Shown one piece after another: positions 30,946 through 41,270 of a stretch of 64,000 nt of DNA. Within the stretch, counting starts at the first letter, position 1. Each line of letters starts with the position of its first letter. The position numbers and the translations under genes were made by a program. This DNA is from Desulfobacterales bacterium (GTDB taxonomy: Bacteria; Desulfobacterota; Desulfobacteria; Desulfobacterales; UBA5852): NCBI GenBank assembly GCA_963674755.2, contig CAXXVS010000002.1, positions 576,001 through 640,000 of the forward strand, given 5' to 3'. The notes under the pieces were generated by a model that made no database searches, was not told where the DNA came from, and worked only from the letters and a program-made list of their open reading frames with translations.

Positions 30946-31857
30946 ATGAATGCAGTTACGTTGGGCCTTTCCGCTGGGACCCTTTTCGCGATGGCCGTCG
31001 TTTTTTCGTATATCCTCGGCTGGGCCAGCCGTAAATTTCACGTGGAAGTGGATTCCCGGGTGACGGCCATCATGGAAGTCCTGCCCGGCGCCAATTGCGG
31101 CGGCTGCGGGTTTGTGGGGTGCAGCGATTATGCCGAGGCCATCGTTGGTGCCGATGCGCCGGTCAACAAGTGCACGGTGGGCGGCGAAAGCTGTGCCGCC
31201 CAAGTGGCGGGTATCATGGGCGTGGAATTGAAGGAAACCCTGCCGTTCCGGCCGATCGTGCACTGCGGTGCGCATACCGAAGACAAGCTGCAGCGGCACA
31301 CCTATTTGGGGGAGCAAACCTGTTCCGCGGTCAATCTGGTTTCCGGCGTGCAGGGATGCACTTATGGATGCCTGGGCTATGGCGACTGTACGCGGGCCTG
31401 CAATTACGACGCCATTCATGTCGTGGACGGTCTGGCGACGGTGGATTACGACAAGTGCGTGGGTTGCGGCGCCTGCGCCAATGTATGCCCCCGCAATATC
31501 ATTACGATGACGCCTTTCAAGTACCAGCGTGTGATGGCGGTGGCCTGTTCCAACAAGGATTTCGGCAAGGCGGTGAAGGAGGTTTGCCAGGTGGGCTGCA
31601 TCGGGTGCAAGGCCTGTGCGAAAGCGTGCAGCCTTTTTCAGGTGGAAGACAATTTGTCTTCCATCAATTATGATCTATACTGCCAGGACTACACGGAAGA
31701 GCTCAAGAAGGCCATCGAGAAGTGCCCCCAGAAGAAGATCATCCTGGTGGGCAAACCCACCGCCAAGCACCTGGAAGAGACCAAGGACATGGACGTTCCC
31801 GAGTTGGTGGAGGCCAATTTCCACACCACGGTGGATGATACCGAGTGGTGGGGCTAA
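30946..31857 (+). CDS. rnfB: Rnf complex subunit B
   Basis: LPGANCGGCGF.GC and multiple ferredoxin motifs. Confidence 0.95.
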   Translation: MNAVTLGLSAGTLFAMAVVFSYILGWASRKFHVEVDSRVTAIMEVLPGANCGGCGFVGCSDYAEAIVGADAPVNKCTVGGESCAAQVAGIMGVELKETLPFRPIVHCGAHTEDKLQRHTYLGEQTCSAVNLVSGVQGCTYGCLGYGDCTRACNYDAIHVVDGLATVDYDKCVGCGACANVCPRNIITMTPFKYQRVMAVACSNKDFGKAVKEVCQVGCIGCKACAKACSLFQVEDNLSSINYDLYCQDYTEELKKAIEKCPQKKIILVGKPTAKHLEETKDMDVPELVEANFHTTVDDTEWWG

Positions 31858-31910
31858 GCGGCTGAAAAAGGTCTGCTCCGTCAGAACCCCGTACACCGGA
31901 AGATTAGCGC

Positions 31911-31941
31911 AAGGCAGGGAAGAAGTTCCCTGCCTTTTTTT
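31911..31941 (+). terminator. Intrinsic terminator of the rnf operon
   Basis: AAGGCAGGGAA-gaag-TTCCCTGCCTT followed by a T-tract. Confidence 0.9.
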
Positions 31942-32011
31942 GTTTTTGTAAAGGGGCCTCTAAACAGCGCTGCCAAGACCGGTTTCCCGCCGTGCGTTGC
32001 CGGAGATCGCT

Positions 32012-33364
32012 TCAGACGGTCCGCACGGCTTTGACATGATTGGCAAAGCTGCGATCCTGCCAGGCCACGAATCCCAATTCCAGACTGACGTACCAGGCGC
32101 TCGTGTAACTGCGGCGGTCGCTGCTCCACAGCCGTTTCTGGTGGGTTGCAAAGTCCGGGGGGAGGCAAAAATCCGTATCGGAAAGGGGGGGGCGCAGAAG
32201 GGTCAGCAACTCCGCCACGGTGGGCAGACGCCAGTCGTTGTGGCCGGCCCATCCCCGGGCGTTCAGTTTTTCGACGTAGGCCGCGGCCGCCGCCCAGTCC
32301 AGGGGATAGGCGCTGCCCCCATGTTGCCATTGCAGGCCGCTGGCGGCATCCAGGACGCTCCGGCCCCCCTCGCGGTGACGGAAGCGGGCCGCATGATAAT
32401 GTTGGGGTTGCCAGAGAGCGTTTAATCCTAAAAGCGCCCTGGCATCACCGGTGCCGGTGCGCATGGGCTGCGCACGCGGGGTCTGTTGATCCGCCGGTTC
32501 CGGCCCCTGTCCGTCATCCGGGGGGGTAAACAGACGGCAGGTCGCCTCCCGGTCTTCTTGCCACTGCTGGTAGAGGGCCGTCAAAGCCTCGGCCATGGAT
32601 GCCGCATCCGGATAGCGGTCAGACGGTTGCCGCGCGAGACTCCGGGCCAGAAAAGCGTCCCATTCCGGGGACAATTGCGGCTGGTGGCGACGGGCGGATT
32701 GGAGGGGATGACGGGGCAGTCTTCCGGTGAGCATGCGGTAGACCATGACCCCCACGGCATACAGATCGGCGGTGCGGTCGACCATGTCCGGGCGGGCTTC
32801 CTGTTCGGGCGCCGCGTAGTAGGGGGAGCCTACCTTAAGTGTCGGTGGTACGCGCAGGCCTTCGCCGCGTGTCTTGGAAAGTCCGAAATCGCACAGCTTG
32901 ACCGTGTCCTTTTCGGTCAGCAGGACGTTAAAGGGTTTCATATCCCGGTGGATGATGCCGGCGGCATGCAGACGACGCAACCCCGCCAGCATCTGGCGCG
33001 TATAATGGACCACCTTCTCGATGCGCAGGGGACGGGAGGGAGCCTCGGTGCGGTAGGTCTCCCCGATCACCGCGCCCAGGTTGTTGCCATAGTAGTCCAT
33101 GACATAGAACGGACTTTCCTGGTGACGGCCGTAGTCGAACACCGCGATGACATTCGGATGGCGTATGGCGGCCAAAAGCCGGGCCTCTTCGGTAAACAGG
33201 CGTTCGAGGGCTTCACGGCCCATGAGGTCGACCAGAAGTTCCGCCGGGGCCAGCAGCTTCAGGGCCAGGATGCGTCGGATGACAGGGACCTCGACCTTCA
33301 GCACCTTGCCCATGCCGCCCCGCCCCAGAAGCCCGCAGATGCGATAGTGTCCGATGGTTTTCAT
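32012..33364 (-). CDS. Hanks-type Ser/Thr kinase with C-terminal DUF1566 (Lcl-like) domain
   Basis: GRGGMG, ALK, HRDMKP.N, DFG, APE; C-terminal D..SGLQWQ, DWRLPT..EL, WSS. Confidence 0.9.
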   Translation of the reverse strand: MKTIGHYRICGLLGRGGMGKVLKVEVPVIRRILALKLLAPAELLVDLMGREALERLFTEEARLLAAIRHPNVIAVFDYGRHQESPFYVMDYYGNNLGAVIGETYRTEAPSRPLRIEKVVHYTRQMLAGLRRLHAAGIIHRDMKPFNVLLTEKDTVKLCDFGLSKTRGEGLRVPPTLKVGSPYYAAPEQEARPDMVDRTADLYAVGVMVYRMLTGRLPRHPLQSARRHQPQLSPEWDAFLARSLARQPSDRYPDAASMAEALTALYQQWQEDREATCRLFTPPDDGQGPEPADQQTPRAQPMRTGTGDARALLGLNALWQPQHYHAARFRHREGGRSVLDAASGLQWQHGGSAYPLDWAAAAAYVEKLNARGWAGHNDWRLPTVAELLTLLRPPLSDTDFCLPPDFATHQKRLWSSDRRSYTSAWYVSLELGFVAWQDRSFANHVKAVRTV

Positions 33365-33378
33365 GGCGCTCGGCAGGG

Positions 33379-34107
33379 TTACAACAAACGGGTGGCGTGG
33401 GACTCCGGCAGCCCGGCGGCCAGTATTTTGGCCACGACCGCTTCGACATCGTAGGGCACATAGCGCAGTTCGACGGTCAGGGCTTCCGGGTCGAACACGA
33501 CGTATTTGGCATTGTTGTTGCCGTCCCGCGGCTGACCGACGCTGCCCACATTGACGATATAGCGGCCTTGGGGCTCCAACTGCCGGATGCCGCGGTAAAA
33601 CTCGCTGCGTTCAATGTGCCCGTCCAGGGATTCGATGATTTCCGGATAATGGGTGTGGCCGGTGAAGAAGATTTGCTCGGGAAGGGCGGCAAAGGTTTCC
33701 GCCAGCTCTTCGGCGGTGACCTGAAACTGATAGATCACAGGTGAATCGGGGGGGAAGCCGTGCACGAACCGGCAGGTGTCCTGGATACGGCAGTAGGGAA
33801 ACTGGTGAATCCGATCGATGGCCTTTTCCGACAGCATGGTCACGGTCTTGCGGAGCGACTCGCGGGCCACGGGATTGAACCAGTCCAGTTCCGAAGGGTC
33901 GATGACGGCCAGCTCATGATTGCCCAGCACGGACGGAATACCCCGCTCCGTCAAACAATCGATGACGGCTTCCGGTTCGGGGCCATAGCCGATATTGTCG
34001 CCCAGGCTGAAAATAGCGGTGATGCCCAGCGATTCGATGTCCCGCAATACTTCATCGAAGGCATCGCGATTGCTGTGGATATCGGAGAGTACGGCAATTT
34101 TTGTCAT
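33379..34107 (-). CDS. Calcineurin-like metallophosphoesterase
   Basis: SDIH, GDNIGYG, GNHE, GHTH, NVGSVGQPRD. Confidence 0.9.
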   Translation of the reverse strand: MTKIAVLSDIHSNRDAFDEVLRDIESLGITAIFSLGDNIGYGPEPEAVIDCLTERGIPSVLGNHELAVIDPSELDWFNPVARESLRKTVTMLSEKAIDRIHQFPYCRIQDTCRFVHGFPPDSPVIYQFQVTAEELAETFAALPEQIFFTGHTHYPEIIESLDGHIERSEFYRGIRQLEPQGRYIVNVGSVGQPRDGNNNAKYVVFDPEALTVELRYVPYDVEAVVAKILAAGLPESHATRLL

Positions 34108-34132
34108 GCCTGTGCCTTCCCGGTCAGTCTGT

Positions 34133-34918
34133 TCAACGAAGGATTCCCAAATACCAGTGGATCAGTTCCGTACCGAAAAAAATATAGGCGATCGCTCCGG
34201 CGGCCAGAAAGGGGCCGAAAGGCAGGCGGCTTTTCATGGAGCGGCCGGTCGGCAGGGCCAGGGCCAGGCCGATCAGGGAGCCGGAAAGGGATGAAAAAAA
34301 GATCGTGAACAAGACCCCCTGCCAGCCGATTAAAGCACCGATCATCGCCAGGAGCTTGATATCACCGCCCCCCATACCATCGCGACCGGTCAGCAGTTGA
34401 TAGCCCAGGGCCACGGCATACAGGGTGCCGCCGCCCAGGAGGATGCCGATCAGGGCATCAACCCAGGAAATAAAGGGTACCAGGAAGCCCAGGAGAAAAA
34501 ACAAGGGGATGCCCGTCAGGGAGAGGCGGTCGGGAATGATCTGGTGGTCGATATCGATGAAGGTGATGACCAACAGGACGGCCACAAAGAGAAAATAGAC
34601 GGGCGTGGCCATTGTGAGACCGTATTTCAAGAAGATGGCCAGGGCCGCGATGCCGGTGATCAGTTCCACCAGGGGATAGCGCAACGGGATATGGACGCCG
34701 CAGCGGCGGCAGCGGCCCCGCAGCACGAGATAACTGATCATCGGAATATTGTCGTAAAAGCGGATGGCATAGCCGCAACGGGGGCAGGCCGAGGGCGGGT
34801 ATACAATGGATTTGCCTTCCGGGATGCGGTAGATGCAGACGTTGAGGAAGCTGCCGATGCAGGCGCCGAAGCCCAAAGCGGCTATCTCGAGCAATCGGAA
34901 CAACGGCATGGCTTGCAT
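34133..34918 (-). CDS. pilD: Prepilin peptidase (A24A)
   Basis: GSFLNVCIYR.P, two CxxC pairs, GMGGGD.KL, PFGPFL. Confidence 0.95.
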   Translation of the reverse strand: MQAMPLFRLLEIAALGFGACIGSFLNVCIYRIPEGKSIVYPPSACPRCGYAIRFYDNIPMISYLVLRGRCRRCGVHIPLRYPLVELITGIAALAIFLKYGLTMATPVYFLFVAVLLVITFIDIDHQIIPDRLSLTGIPLFFLLGFLVPFISWVDALIGILLGGGTLYAVALGYQLLTGRDGMGGGDIKLLAMIGALIGWQGVLFTIFFSSLSGSLIGLALALPTGRSMKSRLPFGPFLAAGAIAYIFFGTELIHWYLGILR

Positions 34919-35212
34919 TCCTTGCAGCTTGCGGGGGTTCCCGGCGATGGTTAGGATTACACTACAAGCCGCGTGTACAGGGACGGTCGGACGATCGTCG
35001 CGGGACCATCGGTGACGGCGGCCTGGTGGCTGACATTTTGACTTTATATTTAGGCGTGCGCCGCCAAAAAAGCAAGGCGGATGTGTTGTTTTTACCCGTT
35101 ATCGTCTTATATTTATATGTTTTAGCGCCTGGGACAAAGATCGCTGTAAGGGGCCCGGCGATCCCCGCGCTAACGGCGGCTTGAAGAACGACCCCGGATC
35201 CAAGGAGATACA

Positions 35213-37663
35213 ATGGCTGAAACCGATAAGGACGATCTGGTCACCATCATCGACGAAGAAGAACGGCAGGATGTTGTACCGGAAGCCCTGCCGCTGATGC
35301 CGGTGCGCGATGTGGTGATTTTCACCGATATGCTGCTGCCGTTGTTCGTCGGGCGCAAGAAGTCGATCCGTGCCGTGGAGGAAGCCTTGGCGAAAGACGG
35401 CTACATCCTGCTGGCGACCCAGAAGGATCCCAATGTGGAGAACCCCGGATCGGACGATATCTATTCCATCGGGACCATCGGTCGCATCCTGCGTATGCTC
35501 AAACTGCCGGACGGGCGCGCCAAGGCCCTTGTCCAGGGCGTTGCCAAGGCCCGTATCAAACGCTATCTGCGCACCCGCAGCTTCTACCGGGTCAAGATTG
35601 AAACCCTCGTGGAACCCGAGCTTACGGAAATGAGCATCGAGGTGGAAGCCCTCATGCGCAATGTCCGGGAATATTCGGAAAAAATCCTGGCCCTGCGCGG
35701 CGAATTGACCAACGATGTCAGTGCGATTCTCGACAGCATCGACAATCCCGGCAAGCTGGCGGATCTGGTGGCCTCCAACCTCAAGCTGAAGATCGAAGAA
35801 GCCCAGGAGGTTTTGGAGAACGTCGATCCGGTTAAACGGCTTGAGAAAGTCAATACCCTCCTGTCGCGGGAGATGAGCCTTTCCACGATCCAGGCCAAAA
35901 TCCAATCCGAGGTCAAGGACGAGATTTCCAAAAACCAACGGGATTATTTCCTGCGGGAGCAGATGCGGGCCATCAACCGGGAACTGGGCGAAGGGGACGA
36001 CCGGGCCCAGGAGATCGAAGACTATCAGGGCAAAATCCGCAAATCGGGCATGTCCAAGGAAGCCCGCGAAGAAGCCCACAAGCAGCTCCGCCGGCTGGAG
36101 CAGATGCATTCCGATTCCGCCGAGGCGGCCATCGTTCGCACCTATCTGGACTGGATGGTGGAAGTTCCCTGGCGCAAGGCCACCAAAGACATGCTGGACC
36201 TGGCGTATGCCCGCAAGGTGCTGGACCGGGAGCATTACGGTTTGAGTAAGATCAAAGACCGCATCCTGGAATACCTCAGCGTGCGTAAACTCAACCCCAA
36301 GATGAAGGGCCCCATCCTGTGTCTGGTGGGGCCTCCGGGAGTCGGCAAAACCTCGCTGGGGCAGGCCATTGCCAAAGCCATGAAACGCAAATTCACCCGC
36401 ATGTCTCTGGGGGGCATCCATGACGAGGCTGAAATCCGGGGACATCGCCGCACCTATATCGGTGCGCTGCCCGGGCGCATCATCCAGGGGCTCAAGCAAT
36501 GCGGGGTCAACAACCCGGTCTTCATGATGGACGAAATCGACAAGCTGGGGTCTGATTTTCGGGGCGATCCGTCCTCGGCGCTGCTGGAAGCGTTGGACCC
36601 GGAGCAGAATGGGGCCTTCAGCGACCATTACCTGAACCTGCCCTTCGACCTTTCCAATGTCATGTTCATCCTCACGGCCAACCTGACCGATACCATTCCT
36701 TCGCCTTTGCTCGACCGTATGGAAGTGATTAATCTGCCGGGTTATACCGAAGAGGAAAAGCATAAAATCGCCGATGGGTATCTAATTCCGCGCCAGATCA
36801 AGAACAACGGCCTGACGGCCCGCAATATCCGCTTCAGCACCGGTGCGGTGGATCTGATGATCACCGAATACACCCTGGAGGCCGGGCTGCGCAATCTGGA
36901 GCGCGAGCTGGGCACCATCTGCCGCAAGGTTGCCCGCAAGATCGCCGAAGGACGCAAGGGGCCGTATTTCATTACCCAGAAAAACCTCATTCGTTATCTG
37001 GGGCCGCCCAGCTTTCAACCGGAGCTTGACAAGGACGAAAGCCAGGTGGGGCTGGTGACCGGCCTGGCCTGGACCCAGACCGGCGGGGAGGTATTGTACG
37101 TGGAAACCTCCATGATGCCCGGCAAGGGCGAACTCATCATGACCGGCCAGTTGGGCGAGGTCATGCAGGAATCCGGACGGGCGGCCATGAGCTATGCCCG
37201 GGCCAACGTGGAGCGGTTGGGGGTGAAGCGGACCATCTTCGAGAATTATGATTTCCACATCCACGTACCGGCCGGCGCCATCCCCAAGGACGGGCCCTCG
37301 GCCGGTATCGCCATGGCCACCGGTCTGATTTCGGTTTTATTGGGCCGTCCGGTGAACAAGGACGTGGCCATGACCGGCGAGATTTCCCTGCGGGGCCGGG
37401 TGCTGCCCATTGGCGGGTTGAAGGAGAAGGCCATGGGCGCCTTGCGGGGCAAGGTTTTTACCGTGATTATCCCCGAAAAAAATCGCAAAGATCTCATGGA
37501 CATTCCACCTAACGTCAAACGCAAACTCAAATTCATGACAGTTCAGCACGTGGACGAAGTCCTCAATATTGCCCTGGAACCGGCCCCCAAACCCCAGCGC
37601 AAACGGTCGACACCCCCTAAGAAAACCGCCAGAGGTAAGGCCAGCGGCGGTAAGCGCCGTTAG
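35213..37663 (+). CDS. lon: ATP-dependent Lon protease (LonA)
   Basis: LON N-domain, GPPGVGKTS, DEIDK, PKDGPSAG. Confidence 0.97.
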   Translation: MAETDKDDLVTIIDEEERQDVVPEALPLMPVRDVVIFTDMLLPLFVGRKKSIRAVEEALAKDGYILLATQKDPNVENPGSDDIYSIGTIGRILRMLKLPDGRAKALVQGVAKARIKRYLRTRSFYRVKIETLVEPELTEMSIEVEALMRNVREYSEKILALRGELTNDVSAILDSIDNPGKLADLVASNLKLKIEEAQEVLENVDPVKRLEKVNTLLSREMSLSTIQAKIQSEVKDEISKNQRDYFLREQMRAINRELGEGDDRAQEIEDYQGKIRKSGMSKEAREEAHKQLRRLEQMHSDSAEAAIVRTYLDWMVEVPWRKATKDMLDLAYARKVLDREHYGLSKIKDRILEYLSVRKLNPKMKGPILCLVGPPGVGKTSLGQAIAKAMKRKFTRMSLGGIHDEAEIRGHRRTYIGALPGRIIQGLKQCGVNNPVFMMDEIDKLGSDFRGDPSSALLEALDPEQNGAFSDHYLNLPFDLSNVMFILTANLTDTIPSPLLDRMEVINLPGYTEEEKHKIADGYLIPRQIKNNGLTARNIRFSTGAVDLMITEYTLEAGLRNLERELGTICRKVARKIAEGRKGPYFITQKNLIRYLGPPSFQPELDKDESQVGLVTGLAWTQTGGEVLYVETSMMPGKGELIMTGQLGEVMQESGRAAMSYARANVERLGVKRTIFENYDFHIHVPAGAIPKDGPSAGIAMATGLISVLLGRPVNKDVAMTGEISLRGRVLPIGGLKEKAMGALRGKVFTVIIPEKNRKDLMDIPPNVKRKLKFMTVQHVDEVLNIALEPAPKPQRKRSTPPKKTARGKASGGKRR

Positions 37664-37671
37664 GCGACGGT

Positions 37672-38361
37672 ATGCTCACCCTCGCGATCGATACCGCCAG
37701 CCGCAGTTGCAGTGTGGCTGTTGCCGACGGCGATACGCTCCTGGCCGAGATCAACGATGCCAGCGGAGAAACCCATTCCCGGCATTTGATGGCCATGGTG
37801 GATCAGGCCGTGGCCATGTCCGTAAAGCATATTAGGGCCATTGAGGGGTATGCCGTTACGCGGGGACCGGGCAGTTTTACCGGACTGCGGATCGGGATCG
37901 GCGCGGCCAAGGGGCTGGCGGAAGCCGCCGGTCGCCCCCTGGTGGGGGTTTCCAGCCTGGAAGCGCTGGCCTGGCAGGCGGCCCGGACCGACGCCATCAT
38001 CCTTCCGATGCTGGATGCGCGCCGCAAGGAGGTTTACGCGGCCCGTTATATCCACCGGGATGGTGCTTTGAAGCCGCTTGGTGCGGAAAGGGCCTTGCCT
38101 CCGGAAGATGCGGTGGCAGGCCTGGCAGAGCCCTGTCTTCTCGTGGGCGACGGAGCATTGGCCTACGAGGTGCGCCTGCGCGCGGCCCTGGGGGCGCATA
38201 TGCAACTGGCCCTGCCCTCCCAGCACGTCATCCGGGCCTCCACGGTCGCTTTTCTGGCCCGCGAGGGGCTGACCGGCGCTCTGGATGAGCGCATGACATT
38301 GACACCCCACTATCTCCGCCCGTCATATGCCGATCAGCAACGCCATCCGATCAGCGGATAA
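37672..38361 (+). CDS. tsaB: tRNA t6A biosynthesis protein TsaB
   Basis: LAIDT, GPGSFTGLRIG, DARRKEVY. Confidence 0.95.
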   Translation: MLTLAIDTASRSCSVAVADGDTLLAEINDASGETHSRHLMAMVDQAVAMSVKHIRAIEGYAVTRGPGSFTGLRIGIGAAKGLAEAAGRPLVGVSSLEALAWQAARTDAIILPMLDARRKEVYAARYIHRDGALKPLGAERALPPEDAVAGLAEPCLLVGDGALAYEVRLRAALGAHMQLALPSQHVIRASTVAFLAREGLTGALDERMTLTPHYLRPSYADQQRHPISG

Positions 38362-38498
38362 CCGTTAGCGATCCCGGCCTTGCGGAAAAACGGTCTGGTT
38401 TGGCGGTTGACAAGTATTTAGGGGATTGATAAAAATAAAACTTTTCAAATTACGGGTACGCGGGGAGTGCCCCTCTTCGAGGAGTCAGGAATCTTATC

Positions 38499-39170
38499 AT
38501 GAGCCGTTATGTTTGGGCCGATCCGCCCAGCCAGACCGCTTTTCCCATCGCCCGCCCGGGTCTGCCCTTTATCGGCGCCGCCAGCTTCGTGACGGCTGTT
38601 TTTGCGTTGTTGGGCCTGCAGTGGCCGGCGCTCATCGGTCTGGTGGCCACCCTGTGTATCTGCGCCTTTTTCCGGGATCCCGACCGCGTCATTCCCACGG
38701 ACGATGGTGCGGTGGTGTCACCCGCGGACGGCAAGGTGGTCGTGTGTGAAAAAGTGGGCCAGTCCGATTTCTACGAGGGCGAATGCCTCAAGATCAGTAT
38801 TTTCATGACGGTCTTCAATGTACATGTGAACCGCATCGTATATGACGGTACGATAACCGATGTGAACTATTATCCCGGCAAATTTTTTTCCGCCAATCTG
38901 GACAAAGCCTCCCGCGAAAACGAGCACAATGCGCTGACCCTGGAAGGCCCCGGAGGGCATCGTATGGTGGTCGTGCAGATTGCCGGGCTCATTGCGCGCC
39001 GTATTGTCTGCGGGGTTCAGGCGGGCACCGACCTCGTCCGGGGTGAACGTTTTGGCATGATTTGTTTCGGTTCACGCCTGGATGTCTATTTGCCCCCGGA
39101 AACCCAGGCGAAGGTGGGCGTCGGTGATAAAGTGGCCGCAGGCACCTCCATCCTTGGTTATCTGAAATAA
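38499..39170 (+). CDS. psd: Phosphatidylserine decarboxylase proenzyme
   Basis: FFRDP, SPADG, FNVHVNR, FGS cleavage site. Confidence 0.95.
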   Translation: MSRYVWADPPSQTAFPIARPGLPFIGAASFVTAVFALLGLQWPALIGLVATLCICAFFRDPDRVIPTDDGAVVSPADGKVVVCEKVGQSDFYEGECLKISIFMTVFNVHVNRIVYDGTITDVNYYPGKFFSANLDKASRENEHNALTLEGPGGHRMVVVQIAGLIARRIVCGVQAGTDLVRGERFGMICFGSRLDVYLPPETQAKVGVGDKVAAGTSILGYLK

Positions 39171-39317
39171 CAATACCGCAAAGTGCGAAGCACGGATGGC
39201 GGCGGAGACACACGACGATCTCCGTGGCAGCATGATACGCATGACGATTAGCCGGTCCCATGACAGCCGACCGGCTAAACTTATTTGGCTATAAAGTTTG
39301 GGCATAAAGGAGTCAGA

Positions 39318-39785
39318 TTGGAACGGATACCGATTACCCGTAACGGGTATGAAACGCTCAAGGCGGAGCTGGAGCGCATCAAGAAGATCGATCGGCCCCA
39401 GAACATCCTCGCCATCGAGGAGGCCCGCGCCCATGGCGATCTCTCCGAGAATGCCGAATACGATGCCGCCAAGGATCGCCAGCAGTTCATCAACGCGCGC
39501 ATCGGTGAGCTGGAATTCAAACTCGCCAATGCCGACATCATCGATCCGAGCAACCTTCCCCGGGACCGTGTGGTGTTCGGCTCCCGGGTCTTGCTGGAAA
39601 ATATCGAGACCGGCGAAGGGGTTGAATACCAACTGGTGGGGCCTGACGAATCCGATATCCAGGAGGGCCGCATCTCGGTCTCCTCACCGTTGGGCAAGGC
39701 CATTATCGGCAAACGCCCGGACGACGAAATTACCGTGCAGGCACCCGGCGGCAAGCGGGTCTACGAGTTGGTGGAAATCCTTTGA
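39318..39785 (+). CDS. greA: Transcription elongation factor GreA
   Basis: EARAHGDLSENAEY, ISVSSPLG; TTG start after AAGGAG. Confidence 0.97.
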   Translation: MERIPITRNGYETLKAELERIKKIDRPQNILAIEEARAHGDLSENAEYDAAKDRQQFINARIGELEFKLANADIIDPSNLPRDRVVFGSRVLLENIETGEGVEYQLVGPDESDIQEGRISVSSPLGKAIIGKRPDDEITVQAPGGKRVYELVEIL

Positions 39786-39834
39786 TGGGCGTTAAAACGT
39801 TGCACAAACATGCTTTATTGCAGGAGGTGGATAC

Positions 39835-40038
39835 GTGGCAAGAATAACGGTCGAAGATTGTCTGCGGCGGGTTCCCAACCGCTTTATGCTGGTCAACCTG
39901 GTGGCCCAACGCGTGCGTCAGATTCGCGAAGGTTCGGAATATCTGGTAAGTTCGCCTAAAAATGAAGACATCGTTATTTCCCTGCGGGAAGTGGCGGCCG
40001 GCCGCGTGGCGTTTGTGCGGAACTCGGAAGAAGAGTGA
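39835..40038 (+). CDS. rpoZ: RNA polymerase omega subunit
   Basis: ARITVEDCL...NRF.LV; GGAGG RBS. Confidence 0.95.
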   Translation: MARITVEDCLRRVPNRFMLVNLVAQRVRQIREGSEYLVSSPKNEDIVISLREVAAGRVAFVRNSEEE

Positions 40039-40159
40039 GTCCTGGCATGGCGGGTGTCTATGGCGAAAGGCTCACCGCCCGGGTTCGTGACGGATGGCCC
40101 CCGATCCCGGCGCCTGGCCAGCGGGGGTGACATCGCCTGACAACGCCGTTTCAACGATT

Positions 40160-40894
40160 ATGGCCACGAAGCGCAGGGGATCATATCGGGCTTTAAACCG
40201 CGAGGTCGGCCGGGCCCTTGTGAAATACCGCATGATGGATGACGGCGACCGCATCCTGGTAGGCGTTTCCGGCGGCAAGGACAGCATCGCCCTGCTGTGG
40301 ACTCTGGCCGAGCGGCAGCAGCGCTCGCCCATTGCCTACAGGCTGTTTCCCGTCCACATCGATCCGGGCTTCCCGGGCGGTTTTGGCGACGCGCTTCAGG
40401 CCCAGTGCCGTGACATGGGGCTGACGTTGCGGGTGGAAAACACGGATTACGGTTCGGTCGCCCACAGCACGGAAAACCGCGAAAACCCCTGTTTCCTCTG
40501 TTCCCGCCTGCGGCGCAAACGCCTTTTCGAAATCGCCCACGAACTGGGTTGCCGGAAAGTGGCCCTGGCCCACACCAAAGACGATATCATCGAGACCTTT
40601 TTCATGAACATCTGCTACGCCGGGGAGGTCAGCACCATGTTGCCGGCCCAGCCCTTTTTCAAGGGCCTGATAACCGTCATCCGGCCCCTGGCATTTGCGG
40701 AAGAAGGTCTGATCCGGCGTTTCGTTCGCCAGAACGGCTTGCGCACCTTCCAGAATCCCTGTCCCAGCGCCAACCGCAGCAAGCGTGCCGAAATCAAATG
40801 GTTGCTGGAAAAGCTCTACCACAGCAACCCCAAAATCAAGGGCAACGTTTTCCGGGCCATGCACCACGTCAAATTGGACTATCTGTTGAAATGA
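40160..40894 (+). CDS. ttcA: tRNA 2-thiocytidine biosynthesis protein TtcA family
   Basis: SGGKDS PP-loop, CFLCSRLRR, H..DD..ET, IRPL. Confidence 0.85.
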   Translation: MATKRRGSYRALNREVGRALVKYRMMDDGDRILVGVSGGKDSIALLWTLAERQQRSPIAYRLFPVHIDPGFPGGFGDALQAQCRDMGLTLRVENTDYGSVAHSTENRENPCFLCSRLRRKRLFEIAHELGCRKVALAHTKDDIIETFFMNICYAGEVSTMLPAQPFFKGLITVIRPLAFAEEGLIRRFVRQNGLRTFQNPCPSANRSKRAEIKWLLEKLYHSNPKIKGNVFRAMHHVKLDYLLK

Positions 40895-41060
40895 GTTCCG
40901 GCCGTTGGGATGGATCGCCTGCCGGGCACGCCTCTTTTGTACAAATGGCTTGAATCGGCCGCCTGAATCGGGTATGAGCAGGTCTGCCGGCCTCACGGGG
41001 GACCGCATCGGGCGAAAAAACCGATGGCGGCTCGCCGTGAGGAACCGTCAGCCTCAATTC

Positions 41061-41250
41061 CGAACGTATCGCAAAATTAAGATCAGGGTTCCTGACAAGG
41101 CGTGAGACGGTGAAAAAGCGGAGCATACACGAAGTATGTGAGCATTTTGAACCGGCACACTATGCCCCTTATCCCTAAGAATCAGATGCGGTATCCAGTA
41201 TTGCTGGAAACGCCGTCAGGGGGACTTAGATTATTTTTGCGATACGTTCG
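41061..41250 (+). repeat. Palindromic intergenic repeat, divergent copy E
   Basis: Perfect 16-bp terminal IR CGAACGTATCGCAAAA / TTTTGCGATACGTTCG; inner CCTGACAAGGCG...ACGCCGTCAGG and GGAGCATAC/GTATGTGAG core, the same architecture as copies A-D. Confidence 0.7.
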
Positions 41251-41270
41251 AGCGACCCTTTGGGAGGCGC

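Noticed and set aside
26301..31857. rnf cluster as a novelty
   Set aside because: Standard rnfCDGEAB order, well known in anaerobes.
35099..36763. Long antisense ORFs (554 aa here; also 19602-21119 and 26169-27674)
   Set aside because: Shadow frames opposite well-supported genes in GC-rich DNA, with no motifs.
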